A DNA stretch of 64,000 nt, taken from NCBI GenBank assembly GCA_964016885.1, contig OZ024741.1:253394001-253458000 (forward strand). The letters are read 5' to 3'. The stretch is from Eledone cirrhosa (Eukaryota). Positions 14,903-29,480 of this stretch are shown here, piece by piece. Within the stretch, counting starts at the first letter, position 1. Every line of letters starts with the position of its first letter. The notes under the pieces are model-generated. The model was not told the origin of the DNA, ran no database searches, and saw only the letters and a list, made by a program, of their open reading frames with translations. A program made the position numbers and the translations under genes.

Positions 14903-15070
14903 CACACACACTCACACACACATATATATATATATATGCGTGCCTATGTAATATATATATGGGTGTATATAAATATTATCATATATATCTATATATATAT
15001 ATATGTGTGTGTGTCTATATATAGAGAGAGAGGGAGTGTCAGTGGGGATGGCGTAGTACATAGATAGAGG

Positions 15071-15116
<46 letters not shown>

Positions 15117-15215
15117 TCACACACACACACATATATATATATGCGTGCCTATGAAATATATATATGTGTGTATATAAATATTATCATATATATCTATATA
15201 TATATATATGTGCGT
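14750..15215. repeat. Tandem duplication of about 225 bp
   Basis: gagtgtcagtggggatggcgtagtacatagatagagggaa and flanks at about 14807 and 15034. Confidence 0.85.
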
Positions 15216-15627
15216 GTGTGTGTGTGTGTATGTACACCAAATATATACATTATTATCAATGACAGGAAAACACATTTAAATATAGTAGATTAAGAATAAT
15301 GTCTCAGCCCATTCAGTACTTAATATGAAAAAACCAGAAAGATGAAACTTCCACAGCTAAGCCAAAGTGTAGACTCATTAATCCAACATAACTGAACTAA
15401 GAATAGTCAGTAAACACAGACTCTATGAATACAGAAATAAGACATACTACAAACTTAACACAAAATAGTTATAGTTATATAAATATCTAATGGTTTAACC
15501 CTTTCATAATCATATCTCAAATGAAATACATTCTATTTCAATTAATTAATGAAGAGTTATAAGGAATTACTAAAATTATTAATTATGTCCTTACTTAATA
15601 TATGGTTCTTATATAGATATATATATG

Positions 15628-15805
15628 TGTTTCTACTTTAGGCACAAGGCCAGCAATAACCCAGTTCATTACTGGTACTTTATTTTATCGACCCCGTAAG
15701 GATGAAAGGCAAAGTCAACCTCGGCGGGATTTGAACTCAGATCGTAAAGGGACGTAAGTATGCTGGAAAGCATGGCATCCGACCCTCTACCGATACTGCC
15801 AATCC
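15628..15805 (-). mobile_element. SINE family 2
   Basis: ttatcgaccccgtaaggatgaaaggcaaagtcaacctcggcgggatttgaactcag (B box on minus strand). Confidence 0.85.
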
Positions 15806-18130
15806 ATAGATATATAGAGTTGTAACTAGGATATGGCAAACATGGCCCGTGCCACGGGCAATACTTGAAGCAGGGCGCCACTTGAACTAGGAGCACTTTC
15901 TATTCAAGACAGATAAGCTATCATCAGAGAGTGAGATGTATGATCTGTCTTTGATTATCATTGGTGAGAAGCGCTATTGATCACTAAACTGTTTATATAA
16001 ATTATTAGACCCATAGTTAAAAATACAATACTGGGCAGTGGTGCAATTTCACTGCTTGCTATAGGTGCTATTTTCCCTAGTTATGCCTCTGTTCTTATGT
16101 TGGAAGATTTTTAATTCAAATATTAACCCTTTTAAATTGAGTGGGTTTCTTTCCTAGAACCAGAACTAGTTATGTTCAGGCTGGTGTCAAAAGAGTTGAC
16201 AACTGTTAAACATTTAAGACAAATCTAACTGTAGATATTATGGAATACTACTGATCCTTTCTAAAACCTGAGAAACACAAGTGTTTGGAAAAAACACTCA
16301 TATAACTGATACTGATACCAGAGTTATAATGAATGCAAGAAAACAGTTATTATATTGCAAGAATTTCTTCTGGGTTAAAAAAATATAGACATGAACATTT
16401 TGATGTTTATATTGGTAGCTATAACAGAACATATCAGATTTGGTTGGATTATACACAATACACACCCTGAAAAACAGAACTAGATCCACTAGCATGGGAC
16501 TTTATATATGGTAACAGACTTATCCAGTAACAGGATGACAATGACAAATTCCAAGACACCAATTAATTTAAAAAAATTTTTTTTTTCTTTTTGATATTCA
16601 ACTTTAAAACTACAACTCACAACAAAATATACTGCACAAAAATCGAAAAATTATCTGCCTTAATCCTCCCTGTAATGTAAATGTATCGACATATTTAGCT
16701 AGGTCAACCAATACCCACATCTTCACTTCACACAGATATCACAAAATCTACAAGAAAGGTGCTATTAAGGCCAAAGTTGTATGAGTAACAGGATAAAATA
16801 ATCTCCAATTACAATCTTCTAGAAACATCAGACAAAAAAAAAAAAAAAAAAAGCATAAAAACAACCTGAATGCTTTTGCAGAGATATGACATGATACCTT
16901 TTAAAGGAAAAATATCTGCCAAAAGAGCAGATGTACAATAAGTACTCTGTACAGTAAAAACTTATATCTGGTTGACTGAAAACACCTTTAAGACTAGATA
17001 CACACAGCAACTTTATTCATTAGGTCCAGAAAGACAGAGGATAAATGAAACCCATGATAAAATGGAATATTTTTGTAAAGCCAACTATGTGAAAAATCAA
17101 CAAGAAAAAATGCTGCAGAAAAACAATACAATTCAATGTTGGTATATTAGATTAAAGCTTAATTTAGTTTGAAAATATTCATAATGGTTCAGATGCTAGT
17201 CTTTCATTTGAAGATAAAAAAGAGAAAAGAAAAAAAGAAAGGTAGATCAAAGTAAAAAGAAGTAAATAAGGAAAAGACTGGAGAGAAAGCTTGATCAATT
17301 TTAACAGCTGGTCCCATTCTATATCCATCATCCTTCGCAAGCAACACATTGCAGCCCTTGCTACCTATCCCAGAGTGCCACTTCCATCATGCTCTCATCT
17401 TTCGTCTCCCCTATCCACATCAATATCTCTTTCTGTGTAGCTGAGGAGGACAAATGCCTGAGTGTTGGTACAAAAATAAAATACAACCAGCCCATTCTGT
17501 AAAGTGGTTGTGCTGGTAGCACAATAAAATGCACCCAGTCCCTGAAGTAATATGGTAGTGCTGCATCCAGATCACACTGTAAAATGGTTGGCATTTGGAA
17601 GGCATCCAGTCATAGAAACCATGTCAAAATTAAAAGTATGAGAAAGATATAATAATCTGACCTGCCAAATCTCAGAATGTGACAACCTATCCAACCCTGC
17701 TATGTGTGTGTAATATATAATTAGAAGTGGCTCTAACATAGCTTGTATCATAGGAGAAAATATATGATACGTTTATTTATAATAAAAATATGAGAGTTCC
17801 ACTATGAATTTTTTCTGAGATAGCTGTGACAATATCATATTTTTGAAAAAATGTTATACTGAAGCTTTCATATATTTATATAAACATGCTATTAGTGACT
17901 ACTCATGCTATGTTAGTGACACTTATGATTCATCATCATCATCGTCTAACGTCTATCTCCCACGCTAGCATGGGTTTAGATGGGAGTTGTCCCACGTGAT
18001 GCAAGATTGGTTGTCTTGCTTGTATAGGACTCTCTGGCGGGTTTTCTACGGCTGGATGCCCTTCCTAACACCAACCACTATTTTTTTCATATGCAAAACC
18101 ATATAGGCTTTAGCCTATTTTGTTTCAGTA

Positions 18131-18176
18131 GTCACTGATGATGGATAAAGGTCCAGAATTAGCTGTGCTATCTGAC
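18131..18176 (+). ncRNA. HHR with a single core change (GAAA to GAAT)
   Basis: GTCA-CTGATGA-TGGA taaagg TCCA-GAAt-TAGC tgt GCTA-TC-TGAC; all three stems pair. Confidence 0.65.
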
Positions 18177-18276
18177 ATTCTCACCACCACTGAAATACTG
18201 TGACATGATCACAGCTCTTAAAAATATTCATAGCAAGACTCTCATATGTTTATTATACATAAACATAATGTGTGTG

Positions 18277-18320
<44 letters not shown>

Positions 18321-18449
18321 CGTGTGTGCATGTAGAAACACAGATATGCATATATGCATAACACACAAAGATGTACCTCAACACACACACACAATAGATA
18401 ATCCTCTCTTTATCCTTTGATGTCAATGAAAATTCACAAACAGAAGATA

Positions 18450-19860
18450 ATCACTACTACTACCACTACCATTACCTCCACCACTACTACAACACCAACA
18501 CCACCACCACTACAACACCAACACCACAACACCACCACTACAACAACACCACCACTACAACACCACCACCACTACTACAACACCAACACCACCACCACTA
18601 CAACACCAACACCAGCACTACAACACCACCACTACAACACCAACACCAGCACTACACCACCACCACTACAACAACACCACCACTACAATACCACCACCAC
18701 TACTACTACAACACCACTACAACACCACCACCACTACAACACCGCCACCACTACAAGACCACTACAACACCACCACCACTACAACACCACCACTACAACA
18801 CCACTACAACATCACCACCACTACAACACCACCACTACAACACCAACACCACCATTACAAACCACCACTACTACAACACTACCACTACTACAACACCACC
18901 ACTACAAACCACCACTACTACAACACCACCACTACAACACCAACACCACCATTACAACACCACCACTACAGACCACCACAGCTACAACACCACTGCCACT
19001 ACAACACTAACACCACCACTACAACACCACCACTACAAACCACCACTACTACACCACCACCACTACAAACCACCACTACTACACCACCACCACTACACCA
19101 CCACCACTACACCACCACCACCACTACACCACAACCACTACAAAACCACCACCACCAACACCACTACAAACCACCACTACAACACAACCACCACTACACC
19201 ACCACCACCACTTCACCACCACCACTACACCACCACCACCACTACACCACCACCACCACTACAAACCACCACTACAACACCACCACCACCAACACCACTA
19301 CCACTACACCACCACCACCACCACTACATCACCACTACAACACCACCATCACTACAACACCACCACCAACACCACCACCACTACAACGCCACCACCACTA
19401 CACCACCACCACCACCACTACAACACCACCACCACCAACACCACCACCACTACACCACCACCACCACTACAACACCACCACTACACCACCACCACTACAA
19501 CACCACCACTACACCACCACCACTACACCACCACCACCACCAACACCACCACTACAACACCACCACCACTACACCACCACTACAACACCACCACCACTAC
19601 ACCACCACCACTACACCACCACTACACCACCACTACACCACCACCACCAACACCACCACCACTACAACACCACCACCACTACACCACCACTACAACACCA
19701 CCACCACCAACACCACCACTACAACACCACCACCACCACTACATCACCACTACAACACCACCACCACTACAACACCACCACTACACCACCACCAACACCA
19801 CCACCACTACACCACCACCACCACTACACCACCACCACTACAACACCACCACCACAACCG
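18450..19860. repeat. (ACC/ACT/ACA)n low-complexity array
   Basis: caccaccactacaa-type degenerate repeat. Confidence 0.95.
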
Positions 19861-20039
19861 TCTTACATTCCAGTTTCCAATCATCCACCACTGCCACTAT
19901 TTAACATATATATTTTTCTTTCTCCCCAATTTTGTTGACTGTCAAATATTTCCACAGTTAATTTCCACTTTGAAGAAGTGGAAAACAGAAAAAACAACAA
20001 CAACAACAACAGCTAAGCGGAAATATAAAAAAAATCCTT

Positions 20040-20655
20040 TCCTGCAGCAATAACAACAAAAACAACAGCAATAACAACAACAGCAGCGGTAATAACAAAA
20101 ACAACAGCAACAGCAGTAACAACAAAAACAACAGCAGCAGTAATAAGAAAAACAACAGCAGTAATAACAAAAACAACAGCAATAACAACAACAACAACAG
20201 CAGCAGCAATAACAACAAAAACAACAGCAGTAATAACAACAACAACAGCAGCAGTAATAACATAAACAACAACAGCAGCAATAACAACAAAAACAACAGC
20301 AGTAATAACAACAACAACAGCAGCAGTAATAACATAAACAACAACAGCAGCAATAACAACAAAAACAACAGCAGCACTAACAACAAAAACAACAGAAGTA
20401 ATAACAACAACAACAACAACAGCAGTAATAACAACAACAACAACAACAGCAGTAATAACAACAACAACAACAACAACAACAGGAGCAGCAATGATAACAA
20501 CAAAAACAGCAACAACAGGAGCAGCAAGAACAACAACAAATACAACAACAACAGTAACAAACATAACAACAGCTGCTGTAACAATAGCATAAACAGGATT
20601 AACAACAACAACATCAACATCAAGAAGATTAAAACCAACAACAACAACAACAACA
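20040..20655. repeat. (CAA/CAG/TAA)n low-complexity array
   Basis: Degenerate trinucleotide repeat. Confidence 0.95.
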
Positions 20656-20699
20656 CAAGTGTTAAAAAGGTTTACTGTAATGTTTTTATTTGGGCATGA

Positions 20700-20783
20700 A
20701 GGTGTATGTGTGTATATATGCAAATGTGTATGTATGCATGTGTATATATGCAAATGTGTATGAATGCATGTATATATATATAG

Positions 20784-20833
<50 letters not shown>

Positions 20834-21286
20834 GTATTCATACACATTTGCATATATACACATGCATACATACACATGCATTCATGTGTATGTATACACA
20901 TCTATATATGCAAATGTGTATGAATGCATGTGTGTGTGTATATATATATATATGATGATATATATATATATATACATGTATTCATACACATTTGCATATA
21001 TACACGTGCATACATACACATTTGCATATATACACGTGCATACATACGCATGCATTCATGTGTATGTATGCACATCTATATATGCAAATGTGTATGAATG
21101 CATGTGTGTATATATGTATATATATATATGATGATATATATATATATATACATGTATTCATACACATTTGCATATATACACGTGCATACATACACATTTG
21201 CATATATACACGTGCATACATACGCATGCATTCATGTGTATGTATGCACATCTATATATGCAAATGTGTATGAATGCATGTGTGTA

Positions 21287-21351
<65 letters not shown>

Positions 21352-22450
21352 ATATGTAGGTGAATGTGTTTATATATTCATGTGTGTGCATTTGTATGTC
21401 CATATGTGTTTCTGTGTATGTGTGTGCATATACATACATGTGTATGCATGCATAGGTGCATCTTTGTGTAAATTAATATGTGTGTACATGCATATATATG
21501 TGTATGTGTACATGTCTAAGTATGTTTATGAAAATGCGTGTGTATGTGTATATGTATGACTCTGTATCTGTGCATGTATATGCATGTATATGTGTGTTTA
21601 TGTTTATCACTTCAATAAGGTTTGTGAATATGTGTATATTTGTGTGAGCGTTTGTGTATGTATTTGTGTGTGTATACTTATGCATGCATATCTATGTGTG
21701 TATTTGTGTGTTTTTCTATGTTTACGTGCATATATGTATGTGCTTATGTGTATATGTATGTCTCTCTGTGTGTGTGTGTGCATGTATATGCATGTTTGTT
21801 TGTGTTTATCTCTTCATGAAGGCTTATGAATATGTGTATATTTGTGTGAGTGTATGTATCTATGTGTGTATTTGTGTGTTTTTCTATGTTTACGTGCATA
21901 TATGTATGTGCTTATGTGTATATGTATGTCTCTGTGTGTGTGTGTGTGCATGTATATGCATGTTTGTTTGTGTTTATCTCTTCATGAAGGCTTATGAATA
22001 TGTGTATATTTGTGTGAGTGTTTGTGTATGTATTTATGTGTGTGTGTATACTTATGCATGCATATCTATGTGTATATTTGTGTGAGTGTTTGTGTATGTA
22101 TTTATGTGTGTGTGTGTACTTATGCATGCATATCTATGTGTATATTTGTGTGAGTGTTTGTGTATGTATTTATGTGTGTGTGTATACTTATGCATGCATA
22201 TTTATGTGTATATTTGTGTGAGTGTTTGTGTATGTATTTATGTGTGGCTGTATACTTATGCATGCATATCTATGTGTATATTTGTGTGAGTGTTTGTGTA
22301 TGTATTTATGTGTGTGTGTATACTTATGCATGCATATCTATGTGTATATTTGTGTGAGTGTTTGTGTATGTATTTATATGTGTGTATACTTATGCATGCA
22401 TATCTATGTGTATATTTGTGTGAGTGTTTGTGTATGTATTTATGTGTGTA
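20700..22450. repeat. TA/TG-derived compound repeats, including a 68-bp minisatellite at about 22010-22450
   Basis: Near-identical ORFs start every 68 nt (22018, 22086, 22154, 22222, 22290); about 177-bp duplications at 20830-21300. Confidence 0.9.
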
Positions 22451-22803
22451 TTCATATGTGTGCCTATGTGTATGCTTCAGTAACTATGTATAGATGTATG
22501 CGTGTATGGGTGTATATATGTGTATGTGGTCGTGTGAAGAATTTTTAGTTGTTTTTATTCTTTTATTCTTCTCTGAAATGTGAAACAATTAGTTCTTAAC
22601 CATTATCTCATTAACATGATGTGTTAATTCTACTGACACATTAGTGACAATATATATACAACCACAAACACATCTATACACACATACAACTGCACATGCA
22701 TATATTCACACATATACATACATACATACACATTTCTGTGAAGACATACACAGACACACACACAACCGCATGCATATATAGATAGACAGATGACCCTGCA
22801 CAT

Positions 22804-22911
<108 letters not shown>

Positions 22912-23082
22912 ATGTATATATATATATATAGAATGCTCTGTAGAACAACTGATGTTATTACATTGAGGTATTTATCTTATTGGTAATAAGGTAGTAATAA
23001 ATTACTGACCTTCACTGTTTAAGGTTTAAAATATATATAACTATAAAAAGTTTTAGTATATACATAACCATAAATAGTATCC

Positions 23083-23146
<64 letters not shown>

Positions 23147-23187
23147 ATATATATATATGTGTGTGTATATAAATATATATACACACA

Positions 23188-23259
<72 letters not shown>

Positions 23260-23453
23260 AGTATGTATACGTACATACATATATGCATACAGATGTACAG
23301 TAGTATGTATACATATATATACATACATGCACACATATATATATGTACGTATGGATTCACCGAACATTTATTATAATGTAAACAAACATCCTGAATTAAG
23401 CTGTACAGTGTCTAGCAACGATCGTTGCTCATTTGTTCAACACTGACAAAGGA

Positions 23454-23496
23454 ACGCTCTACTAGTTTCAAGCTTATTAGCTATCGTCAGCAACGT
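23454..23496 (-). ncRNA. Minimal HHR
   Basis: ACGTTG-CTGACGA-tAGCT aata AGCTt-GAAAC-TA-GTA-GAGCGT; palindromic ACTAGT stem III; G-G mismatch at base of stem I. Confidence 0.7.
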
Positions 23497-23887
23497 ATAC
23501 CTTCCTGCCAGATGGTTGAACGTCTGAAAGTATATACTTTCCTTATGCATATTAACGGCTGAGCAGCCTAATTTGCATATCAAGTGAGTTAATCGGCCGG
23601 GGTACCGAAAACCATAAACGGAAAAAATGAAACGAAATTTCATTTCTCACTCTTAGTACGGCTGTTACTTAAATATAACTATGTATACGTACATACATAT
23701 ATGCATACAGACGTACAGTAGTATGTATATATACATACATGCACACATATATATATGTACGTATGGATTCACCGAACATTTATTATAATGCTCGGTGTGT
23801 TTGTAAACAAACATCCCGAATTAAGCCGTTAATATGCATAAGGAAAGTATATACTTTCAGACGTTCAATTATCTGGCAGGAAGGTAT

Positions 23888-23930
23888 ACGTTGCTGACGA
23901 TAGCTAATAAGCTTGAAACTAGTAGAGCGT
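23888..23930 (+). ncRNA. Minimal HHR (inverted copy)
   Basis: Same motif as 23454-23496, on + strand. Confidence 0.7.
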
Positions 23931-24197
23931 TCCTTTGTCAGTGTTGAACAAATGAGCAACGATGGTTGCTAGACACTGTACGGCTTAATACGGGATGTTT
24001 GTTTACAAACACACCGAGCATTATAATAAATGTTCAGTGAATCCATACGTACATATATATATGTGTGCATGTATGTATATATATATATATACATACTACT
24101 GTACGTATGTATGCATGTATGTATGTACGTATACATACTTATATTTAAGTAACAGCCGTACTAAGAGTGAGAAATGAAATTTTGTTTCATTTTTTCC

Positions 24198-24234
<37 letters not shown>

Positions 24235-24295
24235 GAAGATCCCGTTAAGGGTGAAAGCAGCGATTCTTTGCTTAAACTTTAATCTGTTATTTTAT

Positions 24296-24348
<53 letters not shown>

Positions 24349-24437
24349 ATATATATATATGTGTGTGTATATATATATGTATATATATATGTGTGTGTGT
24401 GTATATATATATATATATGTATATATATGTGCGTGTT

Positions 24438-24468
<31 letters not shown>

Positions 24469-24599
24469 GTATGTGTGTATATATATATATATATATACAC
24501 AGACAGACAGATTACTGTGAACCCATACACACACATATATCTATCATCTAGCTGTCGAAACGGCCGGAGCTCAGCCGTCGGGATCCTGACTCTTTTCAC

Positions 24600-24662
<63 letters not shown>

Positions 24663-24663
24663 A

Positions 24664-24968
24664 TTGAAAGGTTGTGAGTTCAATTCTCAGACCGGGTGAT
24701 GTGTTGTTTCCTTGAGCAAGACACTTTATTTCACATTGCTCCAGTTTACTCAGCTGTAGAAATGAGATGATAGGGACTGCGGTCCCTATCATTCCCTGCA
24801 AAGTGGTCGTGGAGGTGCCACGGCAAAAAAGCTCCCAGCACTCACTGTAAATGAGGTTGGTGTTAGGAAGGGCATCCAGCTGTAGAAATCAAGCCAGAAT
24901 CAGTTCCCCTCCCACCCTTGCAAGCAGGGGAAAGCGGACGTAAAATGAAATGATGATGATGATGATGA
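24664..24968 (+). mobile_element. SINE family 1, 5'-truncated
   Basis: B box through (TGA)n tail. Confidence 0.9.
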
Positions 24969-24973
24969 TATAT

Positions 24974-25241
24974 ATCATCATCATTCATCATTTCATTTTA
25001 CGGGAACTGATTCTGGCTTGATTTCTACAGCTGGATGCCCTTCCTAACACCAACCTCATTTACAGTGAGTGTTGGGTGCTTTTTTGCCGTGGCCCTATCA
25101 TCTCATTTCTACAGCTGAGTGAACTGGAGCAATGTGAAATAAAGTGTCTTGCTCAAGGAAACAACACACCACCCGGTCTGAGAATTGAACTCACAACCTT
25201 TCGATTGCAAGGCCAATGCTCTAACCACTAAGCCATGTGCC
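24974..25241 (-). mobile_element. SINE family 1, internally deleted, tail-to-tail with previous copy
   Basis: Reverse complement of consensus with two internal deletions. Confidence 0.9.
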
Positions 25242-25251
25242 TCTCTCTCTC

Positions 25252-25360
<109 letters not shown>

Positions 25361-25380
25361 ATATATATGTATATATATAC

Positions 25381-25578
25381 AAGCAGAAGGGATATTCAAT
25401 TTGTTGGTAATTCAACAAATATAAATGTTTATAACTGATTTAGAGCACTCTACAGCTATTCTGGAGTAAATATTCAATGATATTAAATAAATGGAAACTA
25501 TATTTATAAAACCATATTTATTCTATTATAGAATAAATATGGTTTTATAAATATAGTTTCCATTTATTTAATATCATT
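25381..25578 (-). mobile_element. PLE family A 3' end with fold-back inversion
   Basis: Homologous to 5534-5675; palindromic arms about 25476-25526 and 25528-25578. Confidence 0.75.
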
Positions 25579-25914
25579 ATATATATATATATATATATCT
25601 ATATATATATATATCATAAAATATGTCTATAGAATCAATAGATATAATATATACCATTTCCTCTCCCAATTAGTATAATTAACCATATAAAAAATCAATT
25701 ATACCAAGCTATAAGAATAAAGGCTCCTATGAAGAAATCTTCGACAAATAACCGAAAGCAACCCCTTCACGGTGGCTACAATAGATTATTTATCTAACAT
25801 TTCGACAGCATGTAAAAATCGACCAGACATACAGTCAACTAAACACAATTAGGTGTAAAATTGAACTTAGAAGAATTGCATACATACCATATACACATAT
25901 ATATATATACATAT

Positions 25915-25946
<32 letters not shown>

Positions 25947-25965
25947 ATATATACATATATATATG

Positions 25966-26185
25966 TCAAATATTTTTAAAACATTTTGTATTTTATCTGA
26001 TGATAGCGTACCAAAATTTTGGTACCCTTGAAATGTATATAAATGAATAAATATGGTTTTATAAATATAGTTTCCATTTATTTAATATCATTGTATATTT
26101 ACTCCAGAAAATCTGTAGAGTGCTCTGAATCAGTTCTAAACATTTATATTTGTTGTATTTCCAACAAATTAAATATCCCTTCTAC
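25966..26185 (+). mobile_element. PLE family A 3' end with HHR (25989-26049)
   Basis: TATTTTAT-CTGATGA-tagcGTACCAAA at TTTGGTACcctt-GAAA-TGTATA-TA; reverse-complement homolog of 5534-5740. Confidence 0.75.
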
Positions 26186-26195
26186 ATATATATAT

Positions 26196-26531
26196 GGAGG
26201 CACATGGCTTAGTGGTTAGAGCATTGGCCTTGCAATCGAAAGGTTGTGAGTTCAATTCTCAGATCGGGTGATGTGTTGTTTCCTTGAGCAAGTCACTTTA
26301 TTTCACATTGCTCCAGTTTACTCAACTGTAGAAATGAGATGATAGGGACTGGGGTCCATATCATTCCACTGCAAAGTGGTCGTGGAGGTGCCACGGCAAA
26401 AAAGCACCCAGCACTCACTATAAATGAGGTTGGTGTTAGGAAGGGCATCCAGCTGTAGAAATCAAGCCAAAATCAGTTCCCGTCCCACCCTTGCAAGCAG
26501 GGAAAAAGCGGACGTAAAATGAAATGATGAT
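26196..26531 (+). mobile_element. SINE family 1, full length
   Basis: A box, B box, body, tail. Confidence 0.92.
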
Positions 26532-26628
26532 ATATATATATATACACACACATATCTATCTATCTATATATATATATACACGCACACGCACACACACACA
26601 CACACACATATATAATGAACATTTAATA

Positions 26629-26738
26629 TAGAAATGGCTTCTTCAGGACTAGAAATGTTTCATTCGTATGAAATCATCAAGCATTCCTGATGATTTATTA
26701 CAAATGAAACAGTTCTAGTCCTGTAGAAGCCATTTCTA
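26629..26738. ncRNA. Back-to-back inverted HHR pair (family B); + copy at 26684-26728
   Basis: TTC-CTGATGA-tttattacaaat-GAAACAG ttctagtc CTGTA-GAAG; left arm is the reverse complement. Confidence 0.65.
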
Positions 26739-26739
26739 C

Positions 26740-27598
26740 AGTAATACCACTATTGGCCGCTAAAGGTTTCTCTCTAAAAATGAAAAGCAGGCTGTATGAT
26801 GCCTGCATACGACAGCAATGTTACATGGCAGTGAGACTTGGGCATTGTGTGCAGAGGATATACGCAGACTGGAGAGGAAAGAAGCTTGCATGCTCCGCCA
26901 GTTGTGTAATAGTAATATACGTGAACGGCAAAGCATAAATGAACTAAGGGAGAAATTAGGAATAAGAGGGATTAGATGCTGTTTACTCGACAGAAGACTA
27001 CGTTGGTACGGTCACGTGATGCGCATGAAAGATGACAGCTGTATAAAAAAGTGCAGGGCGATAAAAATAGACGGTAGCCACGGAGTAGGCAGACCCAGAA
27101 AAACCTGGGACGACGTGATAAATTCCGACCTCACACACTTACACCTCTCCAAGACAATGTCACTGGACCGAGATCTTTGGCGCTACACAGTAATACAGAA
27201 GACCCGCCTTGCCTAAGTACAAAGCGAAACCTACAGACAGTAGGCACCTCTAACAAAAATACACCCCATCCCACTACCCCCCACTCCATCCACACCACCC
27301 CTTCCTATGTAAAGTTATGTTGGTGCCACAACATTCAGTTTAAAACAAATGAGGTTGTGTAGGTGTCACAACAAAAAAACATACAGTCCACGCTGTAATG
27401 TAGCCGTGTAGGTAACACGGTAAAAACCTCCCAGTACACTCTGTAAATGTGGTTGGTGTTAGGAAGGGCATCCAGCCGTAGAAAAACCGCCAGACAGTCC
27501 TATGCGAGCAAGACAACCAATCTTGCCTCAAGTGGGAAAATTCCCGTCCAAACCCATGCTAGCGTGGAAGATGGACATTAAACGATGATGATGATGAT
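26740..27598 (+). mobile_element. RTE LINE 3' fragment (ORF end plus 3' UTR)
   Basis: MLHGSETW...[12 protein letters not shown]...GRPRKTWDDVI; one frameshift near 26812; (GAT)n tail. Confidence 0.92.
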
Positions 27599-27668
27599 AT
27601 ATATATATGTATATGTATACATATATATATATAAGTATATATATGTATATGTATATATATATGTGTAT

Positions 27669-27736
<68 letters not shown>

Positions 27737-27814
27737 GTATATATATATGTATATGTATATATATATATATGTATATGTATATATATATCTATATGTATAT
27801 ATATATATTTATAT

Positions 27815-28170
27815 ACTTCTGGCTTCACGCAGTAATACAGAGTACCCGACCTCCCATGGGTACAAGCTGAAGCATATAGACAATATACTCCCACACCTCC
27901 CACAGCAAAGTGGTCATGGAGGTGCCACGGCAAAAAAGTACCCAGTCGACACTGTAAAGTGGACGTGTAGGCGCCACAAAGAAAAAGCACCCAGCACTCA
28001 CTGTAAATGAGGTTGGTGTTAGGAAGGGCATCCAGCTGTAGAAATCAAGCCAGATCAGTTCCTATATGAGCAAGGCATCGTCAGCCGACCAGACAATGCC
28101 CACAACAGGACAACCCGACTAATCCATGCTAGCATGGAAGAACGGACGTAAAACGGTGATGATGATGATG
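27815..28170 (+). mobile_element. Short RTE-derived element (last ORF codons plus 3' UTR)
   Basis: Begins at xW(L/R)HAVIQSTR-coding sequence; ends ggacgtaaaacgg(tga)n; second copy at 46155-46490. Confidence 0.8.
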
Positions 28171-28365
28171 TATATATATATACATATATATATGTATATA
28201 TATATGTATATATATATATATACATATATATATATAAATATATATACATATATATATGTATATATATATATATGTATATATATGTGTGTGTATACATATA
28301 TTCATATGTATATATGTATATATATATATACACATATATATGTGTGTGTGTATATGTATATATGC

Positions 28366-28405
<40 letters not shown>

Positions 28406-28424
28406 GTGTGTGTATATATATATA

Positions 28425-28458
<34 letters not shown>

Positions 28459-28474
28459 TATATATATATATATG

Positions 28475-28506
<32 letters not shown>

Positions 28507-28565
28507 TATGCATATATATATATACATATATGTATATGTATATATATTTGTATATGTATATATAG

Positions 28566-28613
<48 letters not shown>

Positions 28614-28900
28614 ATATAAACATATAAACATACATAAGTGAGAACATGGAACTATGCACACACATACATACACACACACACATGCACTACACATGTATAC
28701 ACACATACTAACAGAGACACATGTGTTATTCTTGTTTTCTCATTTTTCTGTTTTTTGTTTATGCTTTTTACAGCTGCTTTTTGATATTGTTGTTGTTATT
28801 GTTTGGTTATTTCCCTGGATTGTGGTGTTAGGTAGCAAAGATATAATTTTCCTGCTTACACCGATTCTTCAGAAATGTAACACCCACACACGCACACAAT

Positions 28901-28932
<32 letters not shown>

Positions 28933-28991
28933 CTATCTATATCTCCCCCCCCCCGCCTTCTCTTTCTCTCTCTCTCTCTCCCTCTCTCCCG

Positions 28992-29029
<38 letters not shown>

Positions 29030-29143
29030 CAAGCAGGGAAAAGCGGAGTAAAGTGATGATGATGATTATATATATATATATATATATATATGGAATAAGG
29101 AAAAGCGAAGTAGTTTCAGATGTTCAAGTCCTTTAATAATAAT

Positions 29144-29219
29144 GCTGTGATATATATATTTCAATGACGACACTGGCCACACTGTTCTGTGTGCGAGTGT
29201 CGCGACATCGTCAGACAGC
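29144..29219 (-). ncRNA. Type I hammerhead ribozyme
   Basis: GCTGT-CTGACGA-tg..CGACACT...AGTGTCG..-GAAA-TATATATA-TC-ACAGC; intact core, palindromic stem III. Confidence 0.85.
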
Positions 29220-29280
29220 TTGTTACATAATAAGGTTATGTTTCCGAGGCAATCCAAATTGAATCGGCATATATATATAC

Positions 29281-29440
29281 ATAGGAACTAGTAAGACCCC
29301 GACGGCTGAGCTCAAGCCGTTGAAACGGCTTGAGCTCAGCCGTCGGGGTCTTACTGGTTCCTATTACCCACTCTACTACCCCAAGTATTGAGTACTTTGG
29401 TGCGTTATGGTCCACCTCGTTCCTTACCACATTTCCTTCG

Positions 29441-29443
<3 letters not shown>
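29281..29443 (+). mobile_element. PLE family C 3' end with fold-back
   Basis: Palindrome turning at GAAACGGC; HHR 3' half GAAACGGCT..AGCCGTC-GGGGT; tail ends ttccttcgtt(TA)n. Confidence 0.75.

Positions 29444-29480
<37 letters not shown>

Larger units (their letters stand above)
23258..24201. mobile_element. HHR-bearing partial tandem plus inverted repeat (retrozyme or PLE pseudo-LTR-like), monomer about 420-430 bp
   Basis: Order A-B-D-C-A then reverse complement of C-A-B, between (TA)n; two HHR copies. Confidence 0.75.

Noticed and set aside
16000-17440. Possible terminal exon and 3' UTR of a minus-strand host gene
   Set aside because: Unique AT-rich sequence but no recognisable protein motif or linked exons
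24232-24575. HHR-like pieces CAGAAGAtccc..gggtGAAAG and GAAACGGC..GCCGTC
   Set aside because: Incomplete core or stems; treated as relics only
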